From Octopus bimaculoides (Eukaryota), in the NCBI RefSeq assembly GCF_001194135.2, contig NC_069003.1:30869328-30930695 (forward strand): 61,368 nt of DNA, read 5' to 3'. How positions within the stretch are numbered: position 1 is the stretch's first letter; the number at the start of each line of letters is the position of its first letter. Below, one piece after another: positions 1-14,130 of this stretch. Made by a program: the position numbers and the translations under genes. The notes beneath the pieces are model-generated. The model worked only from the letters and a program-made list of their open reading frames with translations, ran no database searches and was not told where the DNA came from.

Positions 1-59
<59 letters not shown>

Positions 60-1175
60 TGTGAACACATATATGCATGCATGTGTGTGATGTGTGTGTA
101 TATATATATATATATGTGTGTGTGTGTATGCATGTATGTATACTACAGCTACTACTACTACTGCCAATAACACTGAGCAAATACGCGCCAACTACAGTAA
201 ATATCTACAGCAATAATGACAATAACAACACCAACAACAACATCAACCACACTTCCCTTTTCTTTAAGGTCAACACAGTTCTATATTTTGTTTGTTGTTT
301 TTTGGTGGGGTTTTCACCCCCTCTTTTCATACATATAAAAAAAAAAATTGAGAAAAAAAAAACAAAAAAAAGACCATGGCAAAACCCAAAATAACTGATG
401 TATAGAAAGATTATTCATAAATGCCAACCAACCAACCTCACATGAGTAAATGGGAAGCTGGAGTCAACTGTTTATTTATATAGCATATACACCTTATATA
501 CACCCACTGTTATCCTTATATATATCTCACTACAGACTCAAACCTCCACCCTTTTCCTATTCAACCTTTCACAACATTTTCTTCTATAGCATATTTGTTC
601 CAAACAAGGAACTAAATGAAACCCCCATCTATTCACCCTCTGCTACCCATCCATTTACTTAGATCACTATAGAAACTAATGTTTTTAAAGGTTTTTTTTT
701 TTTTTTTTTTTTGTCTCTGTTCTTCACTTTTTCTCTACTTCTCTTTCTCTTTAACACTTCCTGTTCAGAAAAAGGAAAAAAAAACATTTAAAACCTAAGA
801 GATAATAATAATAAATAAAAATTAATCTTTTTTCAGAAACCTCAAGGGTCCGAGGGGCCCAGTTACTTAATTCAGATTCTGTAGTGTTAAGTCAAGAAAT
901 GGGAGATATATTGACTCCTACACATGGTGTTATACAAACTCAGGTATCCTGCCTGTCTAGAAATATTTTGTACCGATTCCCCTGTGATGGGTGTTATGCA
1001 TACACACCGAGGCACACGAGGCACAGGGCGAAACACCTCAGCTGTGGAAAAGCTTTTAATTCATGACTCATATGCTGCTGCTGTTGCTAAATTTCAGGGT
1101 GCAGACAGTGTTGTGCGGATATGGAATTCATTTTGTTGCTATCTGGTCTCAAGTTCAATTCCACTGCATGACGCT

Positions 1176-1404
1176 TTAACCCTTTAAGCATTCAGATTTC
1201 TCTGTCGAATGTGATGCTTATTTATTCACATTGATTTTGATTAAACTTGCATCACCTTGTAACTCTGAGATATCAGTAACGTGATTGTTTATTCTTAGAA
1301 TAACATTGTAGGGTAAGTGTGAAAGGCTGGATCTGGCCAGTTTGAAAATAAAACAGGTAGAGTATTTTGATTAGATATGGCTGGTTTAAATACTAAAGAG
1401 TTAA
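1176..1404. mobile_element. piggyBac-like non-autonomous MITE (family P1) with TTAA target duplications
   Basis: TTAA|CCCTTTAAGCATT at the left end and AATACTAAAGAG|TTAA at the right (imperfect TIR); related truncated copies at about 11026-11180 (reverse) and 14535-14680. Confidence 0.7.
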
Positions 1405-1769
1405 GTAAAGTGTCTTCTACAGAAATCAAAGACTAACCATTTTGTGGATAGAAACTGTAAGGAAGCACATGGTAATGTAGTTAATAGGCTCACTTCCTAA
1501 CTACAAAGCTTTGGGTTCAAATCTCTATGTGGAACATTTTGAGCTAATGTTTTCTGTTGAAGTCTTGGACTGGTAAGTGCTTTAGTGTAGTTTGAAGCAT
1601 TGTAATGCTTTGTTCTGTAAACAGGATAAAGTTGTTAAAATCATTTTATAAACCAACACAAAGAAGTGAAAATGATATGTGCACTCTAGTCAATGCAACT
1701 TCAACAATACAGATATGTACTCAAGAGCTTAAGTAGTGTGCAATATAGTCTGCAATTAACGTGGCAACT

Positions 1770-1960
1770 CTTTCATCAGATGCATCAGATGCAAATAGCA
1801 AATATGCACAAACACATCAATTGAGAAACATCTGGAGAAATGTGATTCACAAGGCACCATAGTTACCCTCAAGACAACAGAATGGAACATTGGTTATTTG
1901 AGGATTAAGGGGGCTATCTTCATTAATAAACTGAATCCATTTATCAGCTATAAATTCAAA
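1770..1960 (+). mobile_element. Degenerate Penelope-like element, GIY-YIG C-terminal fragment
   Basis: Conceptual translation ...SIEKHLEKCDSQGTIVTLK...YLRIKGAIFINKLNPFISYK resembles the L-x-IKEAIFI-x-KLNP tail of PLE endonucleases. Confidence 0.4.
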
Positions 1961-2397
1961 CTGCATGAAGTGAACTGGTTACTTTAACAATTCCATGTTG
2001 CATCCCTTCCACATATCTATACAAAAGACCTCAGCTCATCACCATCTTTCGTTATCTCTTGATTAAAGAGCCTTAACCCTTTTATCAGGAAAGAATAGAG
2101 GATGGTTAAGTGTAAACCATTGTTTTGTCTCCCTTACTCCTGTTTTCACTCCTTCATTTGGATAGCTTGTGGATGCAGGCGTGGCTGTGTGGTTAAGAAT
2201 CTCACATTGCAGCCTATATGGTTTCAGTTTCAGTCCCATTGCACAGCACCTTCGGAAAGTGTCCCAGGTGGAGCAGTGCCTTTGAGTGAATTTGGTAGGT
2301 GGAAACTGTGTGGAAGCCTGTTGTATGAATGTATATGCGAGTTGCTTGCTGAAGAGTTTCACTCCCCCACTTTTGCATTCTTTTATCATCTTTTATT

Positions 2398-2568
2398 TGT
2401 TTCAGTCATTAGACTGTGGCCATGCTGGAGCACTGCCTTGAAGGATTTGTTAAACAAATCAACCCCACTACTTGTTTTTTTTTAAAGCTTACNNNNNNNN
2501 NNNNNNNNNNNNNNNNNNNNNNNNNNNNNNNNNNNNNNNNNNNNNNNNNNNNNNNNNNNNNNNNNNNN

Positions 2569-2632
<64 letters not shown>

Positions 2633-2805
2633 TGTGTGTATACGATAGGCTTCTTTCAATTTCCACTTATGAAATCCACTTACAAGGCTTTGGTCAGCTC
2701 CAGACTATAGTAGAAGTCACTTTTACCGAAAGTGCCATCAAGTAGGATTGAACCCAGAACGTTGTGTTTGAGATGTAAACTTCTTACCATGCAGCCACGA
2801 CTACC
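2398..2805 (-). mobile_element. tRNA-headed SINE family S1 with internal (CA)n/gap
   Basis: Head TGGCTGCATGGTAAGAAG...GGGTTCAATCC (A/B-box-like) and tail GTGCTCCAGCATGGCCACAGTC..ATGACTGAAA, shared with many copies (about 2171, 5432, 8300, 14690, 16576, 19770, 21660, 22310, 26765, 44463, 45230, 46761, 56762). Confidence 0.7.
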
Positions 2806-3419
2806 AGTTTTATTTTCACGAATTTCCACAATATGAATAAAAACATTTTCATAACCTATTTCAACACTGAACAGTGAGTGCCATCTTTAGGTGAAGAGGT
2901 CTAAGGTGCCAGTTATTACCCCAGGAGAATGTGCTGGTGGCATTTTCACTGCATCTCCTATAACAGCTGAATAAAATGAAATATCAGCTGTCAACGAGGA
3001 TTGAACTTGCTACAACTACTGAAGGTCCTAGCATTTAATCAATTAAGCCTGTTCTGACACTTTGCCAATGTTTAGGGCAGCATTTGGTGAATGCTGCTAG
3101 AATTAATGTCTCTCATTTATTTATTTATTTAGTCATCTAAAGAGTTATTGAGAAGGTCTAGGTGTGTATTTTCGTATGTATATATATATGTGTTTGTCAG
3201 AGTTTGGGTAGGACACATTCAAGTTTGTGTATGTTTGTGTAATGTTTTAGGTTGTCAGTTAATTCCATTCATTTTCTTCTTTGCTTAAACTGTTTTTACT
3301 TTTCTGTTTGTTTTTAATCATTTCCAATGTTATTTGAATTGACATGAAAAATATTTTCATCATAGCATTTTTCAAAATCTCTCTCTCTCCCTCTCTCTAG
3401 TATATATATATATATATGT

Positions 3420-3830
3420 AAAAGCACCATTTGAGCATGATCGTTGTCAAGGCTGCTGACTGCCTCCCGTCCTGGTGGCATGTAAAAAGAACCATTCGAG
3501 CGTGATAGTTACCAGTGTCGCCTTACTGGCACATGTGCTGGTGGCATGTAAAAAATGACGTTGGAGTGTGGTCGTTGCCAGTGCCACCGGAATGGCTCCC
3601 ATGCAGGTGGCACATAAAAAACACCTTTTGAGCATGGTCGTCGCCAGTACTACGTGACTGGCCCCCATGCCAGTGGCACGTAAAAGCACCCACTACACTC
3701 TCGGAGTAGTTGGCGTTAGGAAGGGCATCCAGCTATAGAAACTTTGCCAGATCAGATTGTGCAGATCAAACTGTGCAACCCATGCCAGAATGGAAAACAG
3801 ACGTTAAACACCGACGATGATGATATGATA
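3420..3830 (+). mobile_element. Retroposon 3' segment (RTE-type tail family R) with four ~66-bp internal tandem units and (GAT)n tail
   Basis: Units end in GGTGGCACGTAAAAAGCACC; terminal TTGGCGTTAGGAAGGGCATCCAGC...ATGGAAAACAGACGTTAAA then GATGATGAT; homologous to 27865-28060, 50040-50367 and 59945-60110. Confidence 0.6.
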
Positions 3831-4512
3831 AAGACCCTCTTTGGTCATGAATGACCATAAAATTACACCAAGAAAGTTTCTCTCCAAGGCTCAAGTCCAG
3901 GCAAGGTTGTTTATGGAAGACCAGCAGTTGAACTCACTACCACATGGTTGTGAGCCCGATGCTCTAAGCACTGAGCCATACACCTCAAGATATCATCATT
4001 CAACCGCTCATTTACTCACAGAGTCATTCAATGTCAGCCTTACATGCTGTTGTAGCCACAAGGTGTTACAGACACACATGTATACACGTTGCCATACATG
4101 CATATATACATGTTGGTATGTGTTTAGACAGGCATTAGTTCATCTCTAACAAGTATATTATTAGAAATATAATTCTACTCTATTTATACATGGTATTCTA
4201 TATTTATATATTTTAATGTTCAATGCCTCTTAATATAAGTTCTTCTGATGTCTTGTCTAGCTGTTAGTGAAAGTTTATATATGTAGTTCCTGCATTAGCG
4301 ATGTTTGAGGTTATGTGACCTCATTGTTAAGCTGTCTTCTCTTCAAATGTTCATTGTGATTGGTGCACAGCTTTGGATAAGCTATGTATTTTTTCGTGTT
4401 TTTTTTTGTATGTGTTCAGTTTTTGTGGTTTTGTTTATTTGTTGTCTTTGCTTCTGATTGGTTGTTTAAAAGAACACTTTGTGATTGGTAGAATAGGAAA
4501 TGTGTGTGTGTG

Positions 4513-4564
<52 letters not shown>

Positions 4565-4769
4565 TATATTTGTGTAGTATTATGTAAAATGTGTAGCATT
4601 ATGCGCATGTATATACCCAAACACACTTGAAATACACACTACCCACACATGTACACCTATATATACATATATATGTATGTATGTATGCATAAATGTATAT
4701 ATATATTTGTGTCTATATATTTATATAAATGTGTGTATTTGTATGTATATTATGCGTACATGCATTATG

Positions 4770-4824
<55 letters not shown>

Positions 4825-4900
4825 GTACATGCACACATACACACACACAAACACACCCGCATAGACACACACACCTATATGCTTATACCTGTATCTGTAA

Positions 4901-4963
<63 letters not shown>

Positions 4964-6099
4964 TAGCACATATTGATTGTACAGCTATTTGTCAACAGAA
5001 ATGATATATTAAGTAGCATCTTAGAGATTTACGAATGTTTTATCAATTTCATTAAATAAAGCTTCATCTAAGTTTACGATCTCGACTTTCAAGAAATTTG
5101 TAAAAATCAAAGAATCTCAAAAGGAAACAAATTACAATAAAATAGAAAAAAAAAAAAAACAGCAAAAAAAACTAAAATAAAAACGAAACAACAGCAACAA
5201 CAACAACACAAGCAAGTCTGAGTGAGGAAAGGTGAGAAGTTAAGAAATATAAGACCCAAGATACACACTTCAATATAATGAGTGGATTTATGTTAAACCT
5301 AGAGTTACAGTCACTCATTTCTACATAGATATGGTATACAGTACACTGAATCAAGCTTTCTGAGAAGGTATTCGATAATGTAACAATGTACTGGCATGTA
5401 GTTATGGATAGTGTAGAATATATATGGGGAAAGGTGCAGGCATGGCTGTGTGGTGAGATATTTGTTTCCCAAACACATGGCTCTGGGTTCAATCCCACAG
5501 TGTGTTAAATCTTGGGTGAGTGTCTTCTGCTATAGCCCTGTGTTGGTCAATGTCCTTGTGAGTGAATTTTGGAAATGGAATCTGAAAGAAACCCCTTGGA
5601 GACATAAGGCATGTTACAAAAACCTGCCTAGTTGTATGTCTTCATGGTAAGAAACTATTGGTAGCTCACACCTTTATGCTGTGTACATTAAGTGCTATAA
5701 GTGTGTGTGTGTGTGTGTGTGTAATAAAAACAAGTGAATATGTTATCTGGTATTTGCTACAATTGTTTCTTTAGGAGTTGTTATTCTGACATAAGCATAG
5801 ATAGAATGAGCTAAATTGCATAAAACGTTACATAACTCCCAACTCATTAGGCAATTAGGTAAATTTTGGAAAATGAATGGTTTATTTCCTTTGGCAGTTA
5901 AAATCTGGGTAAATGGGTTATTTCCCTTGACTGTTTTCGTCTTCTTTCTAAAGTCTGATACTTATTCTGTTGTTCAATTCTTGCCAAATGGCTTAAATTA
6001 TGAGGATGTAAATAAACCAGCACTGGTTATCAGGTGGTGAGGTGATGGACAAACACAAATAGAATGATAAACACACACATGCATGCACGCCCACACATA

Positions 6100-6215
6100 C
6101 ACTTAATTCAAAAACACACACATAGAAAGGTTTACTAACACACACTCATACACACACACACACATGCACAGAAACTCATGCACACAAATGCACATGCATA
6201 GAATTTACCCAACAT

Positions 6216-6293
<78 letters not shown>

Positions 6294-6346
6294 CAGCATC
6301 ACCCTCCTCACACAGAAATTCACAAACACAGACATATAGAATTTCA

Positions 6347-6391
<45 letters not shown>

Positions 6392-6793
6392 CAGTTCATT
6401 AACAAAGGCATGCATATACATATAAATTCACAAACATACACACACATGTAAACTCACAAACACACACACACATACACAGCCATATGTAAATTCTCAAACA
6501 CATGCATATAGCAGTTCACTAACACACACATGCACACAAACTCAAATAAAAAAAACACGAAAAAAACACACACACATGTATAGAAGTTCACTAACATGTA
6601 CACATACGCAAATATTGCAGTTCACTAATACAAACACACACACACACAAATATACACAAACACGCATACATACACACATGCACACACACATGCACAAACA
6701 CACACACACACACATATACAAACACTCACACAAACATACACACACACACACATACAAACACACACACAAACACACACAAACACACGCACACAA

Positions 6794-6888
<95 letters not shown>

Positions 6889-6890
6889 TC
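6100..6890. repeat. Long degenerate (CA)n microsatellite array
   Basis: Directly visible; source of the HTHT/CVCV spurious ORFs. Confidence 0.95.
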
Positions 6891-7305
6891 CATATATAGA
6901 GGAAAAGATGCAGGTACTCAAATTACATTTCAAGCCATATATAACGAACGAACAACACATTCCTTACAGACGTCAATTCATAGAGAATATTTTTTCAAAT
7001 GGTTTATGTTGTCTATAAAACTTAAAAAAGTCATGCAATGCACATTGCTTCTTGCTTTGGTTTCTAAAGGTAACAAAAAAAAACAAAAAAACAAAAAGAT
7101 GAATATCATAATGGTAAAGAGGAAGAAGAGAAAAAAAGGAAGATATGATGAAGAAGAAAGAACTGTGTATGAATGAGTGACACAGAGATGAAGAAGACTG
7201 AAGAATACAGCAGAAAAAAAAATAAATAATGCAAATTAAGAAGAAATATAAAACAAAAAATTATATTGAAACCAAAGAATTTATGAAGAAATTTTTTTTA
7301 CATTA

Positions 7306-7340
<35 letters not shown>

Positions 7341-7655
7341 GTTCAGTAGTTTTATTTTTATAACGTGCTTTCACTTCACTACCGAGCGCAGCTCTGTGCG
7401 CCTTAGGTATGTGCTGTGGTTTGCTGTGGTGCTCTTATGGTTACTGTATTGAAAGTGTTTTGCGTAGGATGTGTGCTGTGCCCAGTAGTGCAATTTTCTG
7501 TATGTTATATATATTTGTAAGTCCTGGTGTTTTTGTTATGTATTTGTCTGAATATTTTTTTATTATACCTAAGGCACCTACTATGATAGGAATTGTTTCT
7601 GTTTTTAGATTTTACATTCGAGTTACCTCTATTTCCAGGTCTTTGTAGTTTTTTC

Positions 7656-7656
<1 letters not shown>
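7341..7656 (-). mobile_element. 5'-truncated R4/Dong-clade non-LTR retrotransposon (RLE endonuclease C-terminus plus 3' UTR) in a (TAA)n array
   Basis: Minus-strand translation NYKDLEIEVTRM*NLKTETIPIIVGALGIIKKYSDKYITKTPGLTNIYNIQKIALLGTAHILRKTLSIQ*; (TAA)n on both flanks. Confidence 0.85.
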
Positions 7657-7699
<43 letters not shown>

Positions 7700-7899
7700 G
7701 CCCTCCCACCCTCCTTCAGTCAGGCAAGCAAAGCGGTTTTCCTTTGCCTGGTGGCTGTAACAAAAGAGGCTGTTTGCTGGAACTGAAATCCGGAACTATG
7801 TGATTGCATAGACACACTTTTTTGGGTAAAAAGACACAAAGAAAATGTAATCATCATTGATAAAATATAATTACTGTTAAGAAAAAAATAATTTACTTA

Positions 7900-8142
<243 letters not shown>

Positions 8143-8224
8143 CTAGGAATACATTATCGAATTATGTACACATATATATATATATATATGTGTGTACATA
8201 CAGATATATGTCATACATACATAC

Positions 8225-8267
<43 letters not shown>

Positions 8268-9174
8268 GTATACATACATAAATAAATATATGTATGCACA
8301 ATGGCTTCTTCCAGTTTCCATTTGCCAAATCCACTCAGAAGGCTTTGGTTGGCCCCAGGAACTATAGTAGACATTTAGCCAAGGTGTCATGCTGTGGGAC
8401 TGAACCCAAGACCACCTGATTTGGAAGCAAGCTTCTTAACCACACAACCATGGCTGAATAAGTAAATGAATAAATAAATAAAGAAAGAAAAGAAGAAAGG
8501 AAGAAAGAAAGGAAGAAAGAAGAAGAAAAGACCTGAGGATGAAAATGAAATGGATTTGGAGTGAGAACAGAAAAATAAAGAGACCAGAATGGAAATCATT
8601 TCTGCCAAAAAGAGTTTCTTTCGGCTTATCAGAATGTTAAAGGTTGGGTTGCTGAGAAATATCTCTGAACATATCTCTGTCTAGACTGTTTCCCTTTGAG
8701 GAATGGTGAGTTACCAAGAACTTAATCAAAGAGACAAAAAAACAAAAACAAAAAAAAAAATAAAAAAGCAAATATAAAATTTGTTTGATAGACAAAATCT
8801 CACGAATGCATATATGTGTAAGAATACATGTATGTGTGTATGTATATGTATGTATGGTATATGTATGTATGNNNNNNNNNNNNNNNNNNNNNNNNNNNNN
8901 NNNNNNNNNNNNNNNNNNNNNNNNNNNNNNNNNNNNNNNNNNNNNNNNNNNNNNNNNNNNNNNNNNNNNNNNNNNNNNNNNNNNNNNNNNNNNNNNNNNN
9001 NNNNNNNNNNNNNNNNNNNNNNNNNNNNNNNNNNNNNNNNNNNNNNNNNNNNNNNNNNNNNNNNNNNNNNNNNNNNNNNNNNNNNNNNNNNNNNNNNNNA
9101 AATTAGCAATGACATGCATTACTTAATTCCATGTCCAAATGCTTATTCGAGGTTTTTTAATCAAAATTAAAAAC

Positions 9175-9188
9175 AAAAATTACTACTA

Positions 9189-9219
<31 letters not shown>

Positions 9220-9745
9220 CACAACCTCCATTACCACCACCACCACTACTGCCACCACAACCACTACTACCACAATCATCACCACCACTATCACTACCAC
9301 TACTACCACTGCAACCACCAAAGCCACCACCACCACCACCACCACTACCACCACAGCCCCTACTACCACAATCACCACCAGCACCACCACCACTACCACC
9401 ACAGCCACTACTACCACAATCACCACTACCACCATCACCACACTACTATTACTACTACTACTACTACCACCACAATACTACTACTACCATGAAAATCATG
9501 ACCACCATGACCACCACCACCACCAATACCACCACCACTACTACTACTACTACTATCACAACCTCCACTACTACTGCTACTACCACTACCACTGCTGCCA
9601 CCATAACTGCTACTACCACAACGACGACCACCACCACCACTACAGCCACCACCACCACCACCACCACCATCACCACTACCACAGCCACTACCACTACGAC
9701 GACGACGATGACGACGACGACCACCACCACCACTACTACTAAGTA
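9175..9745. repeat. Mosaic (CAC/TAC)n trinucleotide array
   Basis: Directly visible. Confidence 0.95.
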
Positions 9746-10223
9746 ACTAACTAATTAACTAATAGCAAATTATTAAGTGAAGTGCAATTAAAAAGCTTTG
9801 GCGAACAGAACAACTATTCTTTTCTTGTGTAAGAAAGAGACTTCACCATCCACCTATCCATCCCTCCCTCCATCCATCCATCCAATTGGCCAACAAGCCA
9901 ACCAACCAACCAACAGACCAGCTGGCCAGCCAGCCAGCTGCATGATTATAATCTTGTTATGTCAAAGTGCAATATTCAGTTTAAACTATTTCCTTATTGT
10001 GAGAAAAAAGTTCAACAACAATCGTTGTTCTCTGCAGCTGACATAAGAAAAGCAAACAAACAAAGAAACAATTTAGAATAAATAAATAAAAAGCAACAAA
10101 AAATAAACAGAAAAGAAACAAAAAGAAATTTAAGGAATTTGAAGGGATGAAAAAGAAAAGTTTTTTTCTTTTTTCCTTTTCTTACAAACGTAAAGAAGCT
10201 AAGCTTATATATACACACACATA

Positions 10224-10294
<71 letters not shown>

Positions 10295-10479
10295 AATATA
10301 CATATATATATTTATACATGTATGTATATATCTATGTATGTATGTATGTAAGTACGTATGTATATAACCTTTAAGAAGTACCACTAGAATAAACACTGGT
10401 TAAATTTGTCATTCTTAACAATTGTAAATGATTAAAGACTTTATACAAGACTTCATTTATATATTTATGCATGCATATA

Positions 10480-10527
10480 TGCATGTCTATCTATGTATCT
10501 ATCTATCTATCTATCTATCTCTATTTT

Positions 10528-10565
<38 letters not shown>

Positions 10566-10582
10566 CTATGTTTTATTCATTA

Positions 10583-10614
<32 letters not shown>

Positions 10615-10631
10615 CTATGTTTTATTCATTG

Positions 10632-10677
<46 letters not shown>

Positions 10678-10680
10678 ATG
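10480..10680. repeat. (TCTA)n tetranucleotide array
   Basis: Directly visible; a complementary (TAGA)n/(TGGA)n array lies at about 46975-47150. Confidence 0.95.
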
Positions 10681-10779
10681 TGTATGCATGTATGTTTGAA
10701 AACCAACTTATGTAAGAGGTCACATCTACAATGTTTTGCATTCATAGTGTTCTGTTCTGTGTCAGTGAGATCTCGTCTG

Positions 10780-10960
10780 TCAATGTCACAATTTGAAATG
10801 GGGTCTCATTCGAAATGACAGTGCCATATTCAGATGGATTTATTCTGTAAAAATCTCAGCCAGGAAACTCTGTTTGGATGTTGGAATCGGAGGCTTGTCA
10901 GATTCAGAATGTTACATCACAGTTTGGTTTGGGCACCCTGCAGGGCATGTGAAAGACCAG
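10780..10960 (+). mobile_element. Highly degenerate RTE LINE C-terminal fragment
   Basis: LIRNDSAIFRWIYSVKIS...VWFGH resembles RTE RLERNxxxMLRWMC...RLxWFGHV. Confidence 0.4.
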
Positions 10961-12204
10961 GTGAGATTTGTATGCTATATTTCTAGCGAGTGATTCTAGA
11001 GGTGATCTGCCATCAGTACTTGCAATTAACTCTTTAAAATTTAAGCCAGATATGTCTGACCAAATTATTCCACCTGTTTTATGTTCAAACCAGCCAGATC
11101 TTGTCTCTCACACCTACCCTATAATGTCATTCTAAAAGTAAATAGTCGCATCATTGAAATCTTTATGGCTACTTGATAATTCATCCAATGCTTTAAGAAG
11201 CCTCCTATTTCTCTGTCCTCATATATTTGGTACCCTCAGAAAACATCTCTCTCTCTCTCTCTGTCTTTCTTTATCTCTGAGAACTGGTCCTACCCAAAAT
11301 GCTCGACTTTCCCTCTGCTACACAGTAAGCTAATCTATTCTACTTTGAGCCGTTGGTTATGTTGTCTCATAGTGCCAGACAATTGCAGAGTATTCTTCAG
11401 GTTTAACCATCTTTAATCTGTAATTATGTTTAGAACAAAGACGAAGCAAAATGTAAAAGCTTCTGTGAATTTCAAACAGAAAATAAAACAAGAGTTGCCA
11501 CAAATTAAGAGGTACATGGTTATTAGCGTAGCCAGGGGCAGAGGTGGTACGATGGTAGCAGCAGTGATAGCGATGGTGGTGGTGGTGATGTTGGTGATTA
11601 TGTGAGCCAATTGAGAAAAGTTTGTAAAATCGCTGTTTAAGGAAATGATATCTTTGTGGTTGGATATTCTGCTAGAAAACCTAGAAACCAACTTACTTGG
11701 CATCCAGCTTAATCATTCTCTGCACTGAATCTGATATGGTTTGTTATTATTTTTAGTAGCTCCTTAAAGTGAATATTCTCAAGTGTGGTGATTTGCCTTT
11801 AGTGCTTACCATTAAACCGGTTAACAAGGAAATTGCAGTTTTTGGTTTGTTTTTTCGTTTTGCTTCTAATCTAATTACTGTTTGTGCGAAAGATTAAAAC
11901 CCAATTTTCCAACTAACTAAACAGTCTTACATTTTTCCCTTGCTAAGTCAAACAGCTGAGTCATTTTTTGCTAAGTTTACAATTAGTAGTAGTAGTAGTA
12001 GTAGTTGTTGTTGGTGGTGGGTTTTTTGTGTGCCTAGGTCAATCTCAAATCATCTCCTAATATCTTTTATTTCCCCCTGGCCAGACATGTGGTGGAGCAA
12101 GTTCGGAGAGTTATTGCCTCTGTTGGTAACTAAGGGCAGGCCTTTCTCTCTTGGGTTTCATGGGGGAAAGGTACATTGTATGGCGCTTGTGAATGAGCAT
12201 CCCA

Positions 12205-12600
12205 TGTTTCACTACCATGTAGTGAAACATGGGATATGAATGCAGAAGACATGTGAAGGCTTGAAAAAAATGAAGCTAGTATTTTCTACTGGGTGTGCAA
12301 TGTCAGTGTGCATTTAAGACAAAGTGCAAAGTGTTAAGAGAAAAATTAGGCATAAGAGGTATCAAATGTGGCGTTAAAGACGGTTAACTGTACTGGTATG
12401 ATCATGGGATACTTATGGATAAGGACAGCTGCATAAAGAAGTGTCATTCATTATATGTGGATGGAACTTGTAGAAGAGAAAAAAACCCAGGAAAATGTGG
12501 GATAAAATAGTGATGAACTCCAGATGTCAAGCTTTGTGAAGGTGATAACAAAAGACTGAGATGATTGATGATTGGTGATTTTACAGTCCATCCCAGCAAA
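12205..12600 (+). mobile_element. Degenerate RTE-clade LINE, C-terminal region
   Basis: Frameshifted translation SETWDMNAEDM*RLEKNEASIFYWVCNVSVH...LREKLGIRGIKCG...WY...CIKKCHSLYVDGTC...RKMWD matches the RTE C-terminal pattern. Confidence 0.7.
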
Positions 12601-12884
12601 AACGAGGTCCTAAAAGCATATCATTTATCCTTATGCTACCACACCCAATTGGTCCCAGTCAAGTCTGCCACATACAACTCATCTTACTAACACCTATCCC
12701 TCCATCATTCTTCTGTCTATGGCACTATTTACTCATCTGCTGTACTTATATGTGAGCAAAATTGCTCATAATTTCATCCCTCATCTTTTGTGCAGCCAGT
12801 TATTACTTTCACTGGAATCCCTTTCTTAAATCATACTCCAACATTCACGAGAAAAGGGACAGACACATTAAATAATGTATTGCT

Positions 12885-13092
12885 AGGTAGAGTGTCGGGC
12901 TCACAATCATGACGTAGTGAGTTCAGTTCCTGGACTGAGCTGTGTGTTGTGTTCTTGAGCAAGACACTTTATTTCACATTGCTCCAGTTCACTCAGCTGT
13001 AGAAATGAGTTGCGACATCACTGGGTCTAAGCTGTATCATCCTTTGCCTTTCCCTTGGATAACATCGGAAGCTGGTATGCATGGGCAACTGT
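12885..13092 (+). mobile_element. tRNA-headed SINE family S3
   Basis: B-box-like GAGTTCAGTTCC followed by core TTCTTGAGCAAGACACTTTATTTCACATTGCTCCAGTTCACTCAGCTG; the same core occurs at 25935-26082(-), 53676-53875(+), 55286-55562(+) and 57922-58070(+). Confidence 0.7.
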
Positions 13093-13429
13093 AAATTTTT
13101 TATTTATTTACAATAAATACATAAACAAATAAATAATTGAATGAAGAAAAACAAACCAAAATAGTTAAATTAATGAAAAAAAAAAGGGTGGAGAGGGGGG
13201 GATAAAATAATCAATGTAAATAAAAAAAAATGCATAGAGTTGAAATATAACCACTGTGTTTACAATGATGCATTGATAATGTAAGGACAATGTCAGCCTT
13301 TCTGTTTTTTTTTTTTTTTTACAGGTAAAAAGAAAAATAACAAGGGAGGGGGCGGAGAATTAAGTATGTGAAAAGCAAAAGAAAAAGGTAAAAATTTGTT
13401 CTGTACAACATCANNNNNNNNNNTTCTCC

Positions 13430-14130
13430 CCACCTCTCTCTCTCTTTTACACTGTTTTATGTCTCTGTCTGTGGGTATCACTGCCTCACTGTCTCTCTCT
13501 TTCTTTCTCTCTTTTGTTTCTCTCTCTCTCTCTCTCTTTCTGTTTCGTTGACTGTTTGTGTCTCTCTCTGTCTATTACCACCTACTGCTCACTACATATC
13601 ACCACTAACACTGAGGCATAGGTACAAGATGAATGAATGAATGAATGAGAGAAAGAGAGAGAGAGGGGGGAGAGAGAAGGAAGAGAGAGAGGGGGAGAGA
13701 GAGAGGGGGAGAGAGAGGGGGAGAGAGAGTGACAAACAGCCAGACAGAGACAGAGGGACAGGCAGACACAGAGAGAATGCAGAGAGGAGGGAGCATGAGA
13801 AAGAAGGAGGAAGAGGGGTAAGGAGAGAGATAAGGGGAAGGAAGAGAAAGAGAAGGAGTGTGAGAGAGGGAGGGAGGGGTGGGATTAGACAAAGAGGGAA
13901 AGAAGGGTGAGGCAGGGAACAAGGAGAGGAAGGGGGTAGTGAACAGAACAGATTTTTATTCCTCTGGAGACATGGGTTTATTATATATGCAGAACATTTA
14001 TTTAAACAAATGTACAGAAAAGTGGTGGTGGTGGGGGGTAGAAAGACAGACAGAGAAAGAGAAATAGAGAGAGACAAGAGAGAGAGAGAGAGAGAGAAGG
14101 AAAGAAAGAGACAGAAACAAAATGAGAAGA
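13430..14130. repeat. (CT)n/(GA)n purine-pyrimidine low-complexity tract
   Basis: Directly visible; a similar GA-rich tract lies at 30580-30920. Confidence 0.9.

Noticed and set aside
884-1187. Short plus-strand ORFs in a slightly GC-richer patch
   Set aside because: No recognisable domain or splice structure in any frame.
3420-3700. Regularly spaced repeats with variable spacers, superficially CRISPR-like
   Set aside because: Eukaryotic context, degenerate repeats, spacers homologous to each other, no cas genes; part of a dispersed retroposon tail.
11697-11730. Exon-like stretch with CAA|gtaagt donor in the 21-kb intron
   Set aside because: Available acceptors give 23, 28 or 34 nt, none frame-preserving, with poor pyrimidine tracts and no ferlin similarity.
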